Origin: Prasinococcaceae sp. CCMP 1430
Taxonomy: Eukaryota > Plantae > Prasinodermophyta
Length of the DNA stretch: 10,693 nucleotides
Reading direction: 5' to 3'
Assembly (NCBI GenBank): GCA_013416795.1
Contig: RQSC01001088.1
Span: forward strand, 1-10,693
The notes under the pieces are model-generated. The model made no database searches. It was not told the DNA's origin and saw nothing but the letters and a program-made list of their open reading frames with translations. Below, piece by piece: positions 1-6,889 of this stretch. The translations under genes and the position numbers were made by a program. Numbering within the stretch: position 1 is the first letter of the stretch; each line of letters opens with the position of its first letter.

Positions 1-1
1 T

Positions 2-457
2 GACGAAAATGGCCAGCCCACTGACCTGCGCTCGGACCTAGTCATCACCGACACCGACACAGGCTACAGACACTGCCTCGACGTCACCTTCACGGATCCG
101 TCTGCCAAGGTCAACATGGCAGGCGCGAACCCGTCCACGGCGGCAGGCCTGGAGCGCCTCTACAAGGCCCACCGCCAGCGCTACGCGAAGATCTGCGAGC
201 ACCACCGCATCCAGTTCCACACGCTGGCGTTCGACACCCTGGGCCGTGCGCACAGGTCCACCAAGGGGGACATCCGCCACCTCTTCACCAACCGGGTCAC
301 GCAGGCGGACCCAAGCCGCTGGCCGACGGGCAAGGTCTTTCGGGTCCTTGCCGACGGCCTGCACAGTTCATCGTCGGCATGCGTTCTCCGCGCGTGCGGC
401 GTGCACACACACGACCGCCCCAGGCGCCGCTCTCGCGGCAGCGCTGCGGGCGGATAG
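2..457 (+). CDS. C-terminal restriction-like endonuclease (RLE) region of a CRE-like non-LTR retrotransposon ORF (5' end outside window)
   Basis: Frame 2 is open from base 2: DENGQPTDLRSDLVITDTDTGYRHCLDVTFTDPSAKVNMAGANPSTAAGLERLYKAHRQRYAKICEHHRIQFHTLAFDTLGRAH. This follows the CRE-type RLE pattern R(P)D..LDVT(V)..AA..K..KY...C...F.PLAFETLG. Stop TAG at 455-457. Confidence 0.75.
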   Translation, partial: DENGQPTDLRSDLVITDTDTGYRHCLDVTFTDPSAKVNMAGANPSTAAGLERLYKAHRQRYAKICEHHRIQFHTLAFDTLGRAHRSTKGDIRHLFTNRVTQADPSRWPTGKVFRVLADGLHSSSSACVLRACGVHTHDRPRRRSRGSAAGG

Positions 458-569
458 CTAGCTTTCACTCATGCCCTTACTTCTTAGACACACGCGCCGA
501 TGCGTTGGAGCGCGAACGCAGAAGAGCATCTGTAATCGCACCCTTTGCAGCACCCTCTCAACCGTTACA

Positions 570-1323
570 ACGGAGGACCGCGTTCGCCTCGACTCCGTCT
601 TGCACAAGGACAACGAGATGCATCGCACGTTCGCGCACCCTGTCTACAGAGACCGCTTCGGCTCCCCACAAGACCTGCTCATGCCTCGCACCGGGGGCGG
701 GTCGCGTCTCCCACGGCCCCCCAGGCTCGTGCCACTGCCCAGTCTGCCGCGAGTCCAAGCCATCTGCCACGGAGCTCCGGGGCCACTGGAACGCCATGTG
801 CGAGCCGGTCGGCCTCCCGCCCAGAGACTGGAAGGCCGGCGACCCCGTACCCACGCGCCTCCTGCCTGACTTGGCCAAGGCCTGGCGCGTCCATCCGGTC
901 CGCCGCCTCACCCCAGCCGAGAAGGCGTCCATGGACGCTCACCACCAGTGCCACAAGTGCTTCAGGACCATGGCTGGCTCAATGGGCCGGCACGTGGGCT
1001 CCAAGCGCTGCGCCTTCTACGAGGCCGCCCATCAGGCCGTCGACGCCGGCTCCAGCCCTTCCGCGGGCCTGGTGGCCGCCAACACCGATGCGGCGCCTCC
1101 CCCACCCCCGCGCAGGGCGTCCAACTGGGACGCTGGCATCCGCTGGCTGGGCACCCTCGACCCGAGCGACCACCTCCACGCGCCGGGGGGCCGCATGACT
1201 CTGGACGACTTCCCCAGCAAGCCATCCGCGGCCCTCTTCGGGGACTGCGTGGGTCTCACACTGGCCCTCTACAAGGACCACCCCACTGAGGTCGCCATGC
1301 TCCTTCACCTGCTGCCACTGCCA
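570..1323 (+). pseudogene. Truncated N-terminal zinc-finger region of a retrotransposon-like ORF, with a probable frameshift near 693-703
   Basis: Frame 1 has C-x2-C-x12-H-x4-C (736-801) and C-x2-C-x10-H-x5-C (949-1011), a Pro-rich linker, then LLHLLPLP (1300-1323), which resembles the helical region ahead of the RT in CRE elements. Coding-like codon usage is in frame 3 from ~570-700, in frame 1 afterwards, and is lost after ~1325. No RT motifs are present. Confidence 0.55.
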
Positions 1324-2511
1324 AGCGAGGGGGTGAAACGATTCCACGGAAATCCACGGGAATCGGCTGCCCGAAACCTCACGTCTCCGCAGATTCCAAT
1401 CTGGGACCGTTTTGGCATGCGCGCGTGGGACCAGCCGGCAGTACGTAGGCGCGCAGCCGCCCCACCGGCAGGGGGGGGAGCGCCTGCGCGCGTACTAGGT
1501 GCCACTCGGTGCGCGTAAGACACAAGTGTCTGAGGGGGAGCTCCCTGCGTCCGAGAGCGCCTGTCGCCTGCAACCGCGGCGCCCAGAGCGCTGCTCAGCA
1601 GCGGTCCAACCGCGTTCACAGCAGCGTCTCATAGATTATGGGCCCAGCGCGCTGCCTGTGGTAAGCGCGCTACCTCCATCCGTCCTGCCGCTGCCTGCGG
1701 GCAAGCGGCAGGCCCTCTGGCAACTGCACCCGCTGCTGGCTTCCTGCAAGCCTATGCGCACGCCTCTCGCTCCTGGTAGCGAAGGTCAATGCACACGCAC
1801 CCCATGGCGGGCACCGACGCCGCCAACCCCCGCGAGCGGGAGGGTAATTATTTGCATCACAGAACCTCGACCACGAGGAGCCTTGGGATCCGTTCCGCGC
1901 GCACGCGGCCGTCATTCATGCCTTTTGATACGGACCACCCCCCACCCATCACCTCGCCTATCCAAATAGCATCACAATCACCCACGGGATTCTGCTCTTC
2001 GCGCGCGCCCACACCGAAACGCATTGCCGCGCGCCGCGGCGCCCCGCCGATCGTCGAAAAAATCGCTCCGCACCTCAGAACGCATCCGTTGGTCCTCCGC
2101 CCCCACCGCGAAACGCGCCGCCCTCCGCAGCGCCCACAGGCACCCGAGGCCCCACTGGCAGCCGTCGCCGTCCATCGCAACGCACGCCGCCACGACGCCC
2201 CAACGAAAAGTGCACTCGGGTGGTGACCGGCGGCGGTGACCGCACGCCGCGCTTCCGTGCGGTGCCGTGCCACGTCAGCAGCGACCACGCGAATCTGCCG
2301 TACCGACCGCCGTCCATCACAGTGTATGCCACACACACGCGTGCATGTGGCGTGCTGCGAAGGAGCGTAGCAGCACGCCATCGCACGATGCGATGAAGAT
2401 GGCATTGGCGTGCGAATCTTCGTAACTGCCAGGTGTGGTGTGGCGCCTCGCTGGCGGCCCGCTGGCGAGGGCCGGCAGCGGCCGCGCGGCGGTACGCACC
2501 GCGGGGGCGCG

Positions 2512-2658
2512 ACCAAGGTCAACGCAGCCCAGCACATCGACCTGAACGACCCGGAAACCCGCGAGGGCGTGCACGCCCTGGAAGCGGTGGGCCTGATCGC
2601 GCCAGGCCGCGCGCTGGAAATTCTCGATTCCCCCATCCAACCCAAGGAACTGCCGTGA
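2512..2658 (+). pseudogene. 3' part of a small phage/prophage-like hypothetical gene
   Basis: TKVNAAQHIDLNDPETREGVHALEAVGLIAPGRALEILDSPIQPKELP* resembles small proteobacterial prophage proteins near tail-fibre genes (IDL.DP.T..G...L...GL....RA.EIL, recalled). Its TGA overlaps the next GTG start. Confidence 0.6.
2644..2648 (+). promoter_or_regulatory. Shine-Dalgarno-like AAGGA, 6 nt before GTG start at 2655
   Basis: CCCAAGGAACTGCCGTGA: bacterial RBS spacing plus a GTGA start/stop overlap. Confidence 0.55.
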
Positions 2659-2855
2659 ACCTGCTTTTGTGCCTCGCCATCCTGGCCGCTGTCGTCGTCA
2701 TCTGGTGCACCGTGCCCGCGCTGTGGGTGCTATGCCTGCCAGACGTGCCAATGGCCCACCGCCGCGCCGCTGCCTTGTGCTTCGGCCGTGCATCCGTGCG
2801 TGGGCTGCTGATGCTGCCCGCCGACCTGCTGGCGCCGCTGGTGGTGCCCTTCGCC
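2655..2855 (+). pseudogene. 5' part of a phage-like membrane protein gene, in frame with PPDK
   Basis: GTG start with SD. Reads MNLLLCLAILAAVVVIWCTVPALWVLCLPDVPMAHRRAAALCFGRASVRGLLMLPADLLAPLVVPFA: hydrophobic, unrelated to PPDK and unlike a plastid transit peptide. End boundary approximate. Confidence 0.5.
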
Positions 2856-5800
2856 GCGCCCACCGACCGCGCGGATGGTACCACGCCCGCGGCGAGCACG
2901 GAAGAGCTGGCCGGCGTCGAGGCCGCGCGCCTGTGCGATGACAAGTACTTCGGCGGGGCGGGGCTGGATTCGCCGGCGGCGAAGGGTCTGCTGGGCGGGA
3001 AGGGCGCCGGCTTGGTCACGCTCGCGCGGCTGGGCCTGCCCGTGCCGCCCGGTGCAGTGGTGACGACTGCCGCGTGCGAGGCGTACACCGCGTGGCGCGA
3101 CGCCCGCAAAGGGGAGCCCGAGGCCCCTCCCCATGACGACATCGCCTCGCCGGCGAGCGCTGCCGTCGCAGACGGCTCGAACGGCGGTGCGGCCCCGGAG
3201 TTGGCCGGGCACTGCCTTCCTGCAGAAGTGTGGATGGAGGTCCTGCGCGGCGTGCGCTCCATCGAGTGGGCGCACGGCCGCATGCTGGGCTCGCTTGAGT
3301 ACCCCCTGCTGTTGTCGGTCCGCAGCGGCGCCGCGGTGTCAATGCCAGGCATGATGGACACCGTGCTCAACCTCGGCGTGTGCGAGGCAAACGTGGGCGC
3401 CCTGGGCCCCGCGAAGTTCGGCTGGGATTGCCTGCGCCGCTTCCGCGAGATGTACGGCTCCGTGGTCCTCGGCGTGCCGCGCGACGCCTTCGAGCGCGAG
3501 TGCGACGCAGCGCGCGAAGCCGCCGGCGGCGTGGCTACCGACGCCGAGCTCAGCGCCGACCAGATGCGCGAGCTCGCCGCGCGCCAGGCGCAGGTGATCA
3601 AGGCGCACGGGTGCTGCATCCCCGACGATGTGTACGAGCAGCTCGCACAGAGCGTCGCCGCCGTCTTCAGGTCGTTTCAAGGCTCGCGCGCGCGCACCTA
3701 CCGCCGGGTGCACGGCCTCACCGGCCTGCGCGGCACCGCTGTGACGATCCAAGCCATGGTGTTTGGCAACAGGGGCGGCGACTCGGGCGCAGGCGTGGCG
3801 TTTTCTCGCGATCCCGCCAGCGGCGAGCGAGGCCTCTACGGCGAGTGGGCGGCCAACGCCCAGGGCGAGGACGTCGTCTCGGGCACGCGCACGCCGCTCG
3901 CCCTGCAGGACCTGCGCGCGCGCCTGCCGCGCGTGTACGCGCGGCTGCGCGAGTGCTGCGACACTCTGGAAGCGCACTACAAGGACATGCAGGACACGGA
4001 GTTCACTTTCGAGGAAGGGACCCTCTTCATGCTGCAGACGCGCGCAGGCAAGCGTACGGGGCGTGCCGCAGTGCGCATCGCTTACTCGCTCGTCAAAGAG
4101 GGCATCATCGATCAGACTGAGGCCCTCATGCGCGTCGAGGCATCGCACGTCGAGCAGGTGCTCATGCCATCGATCCCGCTTGCGACCACGCAGACGCAGT
4201 CGTACGCTGACGCCGTGATTGCCAAGGGCCTGCCGGCGGGTCCGGGCGCTGCGGTCGGGAAAATCGTGTTCTCAAGTGCCAAAGCGGAGGAGCTTGCGGC
4301 GCAGGGGGTGCCAGTGCTGCTCGTGCGCACCGAGACCAGCGCCGACGACATTGCGGGCATGGCAGCCGCAGCCGGTGTGCTCACGGCGCGCGGCGGCGTG
4401 ACCTCTCACGCCGCGGTCGTAGCGCGAGGCTGGGGAAAGCCGTGCATTGTCGGCGCTGGTGAGATAAGCATCGTGCCGGAGACTGAGGCCACTGATGGCC
4501 CTGCTTCCTCGACACCCGTCGCTGCAGCCGGGGCGCAGGGTGGCATCGAAATCGGCACCTCCACCCAAACACACGCGGCGGCTCCTGCAGGCCTCGGCAG
4601 TGCCAGTGCGGGCGCTCCGGGCACCTCGATGGTCTTGCGCATAACGGCGCAGAAAGACAAGGCGAACCGGGGCGCCCCTCTCAGCACCAAAACCGATGCC
4701 GGCTCAGCAGGCGCCGCCGGCGGGGCGGAGGACGCATCGGCGATGTGCGACACGCTCTTTCTTGCAGAGGGCACGACACTGACGATCAACGGCACCACGG
4801 GCGAAGTGCTCCTCGGCGGCACGCACGGCGTGTGCGCTGCTCATACGACGCACGAGCTCGACACTCTCCTCGAGTGGGCAGACGCTACCTCCAGCCTGCG
4901 CGTGCTGGCAAATGCGGACACGCCCGAGGACGCACTCGCAGCACGCGCGCATGGCGCCGTCGGAATCGGCTTGGTGAGGACCGAACACATGTGGTTCGCA
5001 TCCCCGCAGCGTGTGGCTGCCATCAGACGGCTCATCCTCGAGGGTGCGTTCGAGGGAACAGACAGCCACGACGTCGATGCGAAGGTCCCGAAAGAGGGAG
5101 ACCAGCAGCAAAAAGGGGCGAGCGCGCCGCCACCGTCGGCCACCCCGCCTGCAGCCGTGGACGTCGCTGCCTTTCAGCGATCTGACTTTCGTGCGATCTT
5201 CGAAGCCATGTCGGGCCTGCCGGTGACCATACGCCTCCTCGACCCGCCGCTGCACGAGTTCCTCCCCGACGTGAGCGCCCTCGACGACCGCGGGGAGCGC
5301 GGTGACACCATTCGAAAGCAGTACATGGCGCTCGCCCGCGCAATGTCCCTGCCGTACGAGTTAGTGACGCAGCGCGCTCGCGCGCTGGCCGAGCGCAACC
5401 CTATGATGGGATTGCGCGGGTGCCGGCTGGGCATCATGCGTCCAGAGCTGACGGCCATGCAGGCAACGGCGGTGATCGAGGCCGCGTGCGACGCATCCGA
5501 GGCCGGATTTACGCCAATGCCGAAGATCATGGTGCCTCTCGTGAGCTGCACCGAGGAGTACGCGCACCAAGCAGCCGTTATCGAGGACGCGTGCAACGCG
5601 GTCCTCCAGAGACGCGGCTTCCTGCGAGCCACTCGCTCGCACTCGTCTGCGGCTGGTGATGGCTTCGTGCCGGCCGGAGCAACCGCCGAGGATGACGACG
5701 AGCTGGCAGCAGAAGCGAGGCGCGAGCTCGACGAGGCGTCCGAGAAACCGTGCCTCTCTTACGATGTCGGCGTGATGATAGAGACGCCGCGTGCTGCCCT

Positions 5801-6236
5801 CATTGCCGCTGAGCTTGCGCCGAGGTGCGCCTTCTTCTCGTTTGGCTCGAACGACCTGACGCAGCTCGCCTACGGCTTCAGCCGAGACGACGCACAAGCA
5901 GGTTTCCTCGCCAGCTACGTGGAGAAGCGCCTGCTGGCTCACGACCCTTTCGTCTCCATCGACAAAGCCGGCGTTGGCAGACTGATTTGGTGGGCCGCGT
6001 CAGCGGGGCGCGCCGCCAACGAACACCTGCACGTGAGTCTATGCGGCGAGCACGCAGGCGATGCCCGCTCCGTGGCCTTCTTGGTGCGCGAGGCCCGCCT
6101 TGACAGTGTCAGCTGCTCGCCCGCTCGCGTCCCAGCGACCCGCCTCGCCGCCGCGCACGCGGAGATTCTCGCTGCGCGAGAAAATGGGACCACGGGACCC
6201 GCAGCGCATTCGGCGGTGGTTGGCGTCGGTGTGTGA
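2856..6236 (+). CDS. PPDK: Pyruvate, phosphate dikinase (native 5' end/start not identifiable)
   Basis: Motifs in order: LLGGKG (GGKG 2994-3005), GLPVPPG, PLLLSVRSGAAVSMPGMMDTVLNLG, QAMVFGN, NAQGEDVVSGTRTP, MQDxEFT..LQTRAGKRT, GGVTSHAAVVARGWGKPC (regulatory Thr 4401, phospho-His 4407), ANADTP, RTEHM, VTIRLLDPPLHEFLP, NPMMGLRGCRLG, MIETPRA, FSFGSNDLTQ, CGEH (Cys 6042), VSCSP. Stop TGA at 6234-6236. Confidence 0.97.
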   Translation, partial: APTDRADGTTPAASTEELAGVEAARLCDDKYFGGAGLDSPAAKGLLGGKGAGLVTLARLGLPVPPGAVVTTAACEAYTAWRDARKGEPEAPPHDDIASPASAAVADGSNGGAAPELAGHCLPAEVWMEVLRGVRSIEWAHGRMLGSLEYPLLLSVRSGAAVSMPGMMDTVLNLGVCEANVGALGPAKFGWDCLRRFREMYGSVVLGVPRDAFERECDAAREAAGGVATDAELSADQMRELAARQAQVIKAHGCCIPDDVYEQLAQSVAAVFRSFQGSRARTYRRVHGLTGLRGTAVTIQAMVFGNRGGDSGAGVAFSRDPASGERGLYGEWAANAQGEDVVSGTRTPLALQDLRARLPRVYARLRECCDTLEAHYKDMQDTEFTFEEGTLFMLQTRAGKRTGRAAVRIAYSLVKEGIIDQTEALMRVEASHVEQVLMPSIPLATTQTQSYADAVIAKGLPAGPGAAVGKIVFSSAKAEELAAQGVPVLLVRTETSADDIAGMAAAAGVLTARGGVTSHAAVVARGWGKPCIVGAGEISIVPETEATDGPASSTPVAAAGAQGGIEIGTSTQTHAAAPAGLGSASAGAPGTSMVLRITAQKDKANRGAPLSTKTDAGSAGAAGGAEDASAMCDTLFLAEGTTLTINGTTGEVLLGGTHGVCAAHTTHELDTLLEWADATSSLRVLANADTPEDALAARAHGAVGIGLVRTEHMWFASPQRVAAIRRLILEGAFEGTDSHDVDAKVPKEGDQQQKGASAPPPSATPPAAVDVAAFQRSDFRAIFEAMSGLPVTIRLLDPPLHEFLPDVSALDDRGERGDTIRKQYMALARAMSLPYELVTQRARALAERNPMMGLRGCRLGIMRPELTAMQATAVIEAACDASEAGFTPMPKIMVPLVSCTEEYAHQAAVIEDACNAVLQRRGFLRATRSHSSAAGDGFVPAGATAEDDDELAAEARRELDEASEKPCLSYDVGVMIETPRAALIAAELAPRCAFFSFGSNDLTQLAYGFSRDDAQAGFLASYVEKRLLAHDPFVSIDKAGVGRLIWWAASAGRAANEHLHVSLCGEHAGDARSVAFLVREARLDSVSCSPARVPATRLAAAHAEILAARENGTTGPAAHSAVVGVGV

Positions 6237-6428
6237 TCAGCGCGGGGGGGGTTCCGGGTCCGGCTGCCTGCCGCGAAGGACAGACGAGTGTCAAGGTCAC
6301 AAGGACATGCACAATTTGTTCGCCCGATACAAAGAAAGCGCGTGAAGCGCAGATGTACAAACGAGCCCACGCCGCGCAGGGCGTGCGGAGCAAAGCCGCG
6401 TCTAGACGCACTACAGTACACTTGTACT

Positions 6429-6433
6429 TGTAA
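6429..6433 (+). promoter_or_regulatory. Possible green-algal polyadenylation signal TGTAA for PPDK
   Basis: TGTAA about 190 nt after the PPDK stop, in an AT-richer patch. UGUAA is the known chlorophyte signal, but a 5-mer can occur by chance. Confidence 0.3.
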
Positions 6434-6668
6434 GGACGTCCCTCCCCTGAATGAATGGGGCACGCACGCACGCGGCAGCAGCTGCCGATGTTCTCTCAGC
6501 AGCGGGCGTCCATCCCAATCAACGCTGTCGGCATCGCGCCGCATGCTACATTTAGGTGGAAAAAAAGGTACTGCACAGTTACGCTACACCTTGAGCACTC
6601 CCACAGGCCGTGATCCGTCTTCGCTGCTCTGCCAGGGACGAGCGAGGGAAGCGAGAGCTCGGGCTGGC

Positions 6669-6719
6669 CTACCACAGGCGCTGCAGCGGATATCCACGGC
6701 GAGGAGCGCCGCTTTTGAA
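6669..6719 (-). CDS. Terminal exon of the Rieske oxygenase (FKSGAPRRGYPLQRLW*)
   Basis: Follows the acceptor TGTCTCTTCAG and joins in phase 0 to ...ADEAHE, replacing the low-complexity read-through VRARARAR. Confidence 0.75.
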   Translation of the reverse strand, partial: FKSGAPRRGYPLQRLW

Positions 6720-6889
6720 CTGAAGAGACACGGGAACACACACGCGCACACAACAGAAAAACGGGGCGATGGACCGAGGGTGAGGACCGGGGTGGTCAGC
6801 GTGCGCTCGCATTCGGTGCCTTGACAGCGACACACTCACTCGCGCCAAACACACGCGCACCAAGCGCGCGCTCGCGCGCGCGCACGCAC
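6720..6889 (-). other. Spliceosomal intron, 170 nt
   Basis: Minus strand: donor GAG|GTGCGT at 6889, branch point GCTGAC at 6800-6795, T/GT-rich tract, acceptor TTCAG ending at 6720. Confidence 0.8.

Larger units (their letters stand above)
1..1323 (+). mobile_element. CRE-like non-LTR retrotransposon fragments (3' end of one unit followed by 5' end of another)
   Basis: RLE domain followed on the same strand by N-terminal-type zinc fingers, with similar codon style in both pieces. Confidence 0.6.

Noticed and set aside
691-726. HDV-like ribozyme at the retroelement 5' end
   Set aside because: G5/C6 pairing and TCCCAC are suggestive, but I could not build P2, a proper L3 or the catalytic J4/2 by eye; needs an RNAMotif/Infernal search.
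1449-1498. Helitron 3' end (hairpin plus CTAG at 1495-1498)
   Set aside because: CTAG is followed by G rather than T, and the stem-loop geometry does not fit the short subterminal hairpin.
1850-1857. Octamer ATTTGCAT suggesting an snRNA promoter
   Set aside because: Single 8-mer of a metazoan-type element, with no recognisable snRNA nearby.
1499-2400. Several 70-260 aa ORFs on both strands
   Set aside because: No consistent codon bias or domain motifs; expected by chance at this GC content.
2433-2654. ORF-track start of the 1267-aa ORF at 2433
   Set aside because: GTG start and Arg/Pro/Gly-rich shadow translation; the coding-like frame at 2512-2658 is a different one.
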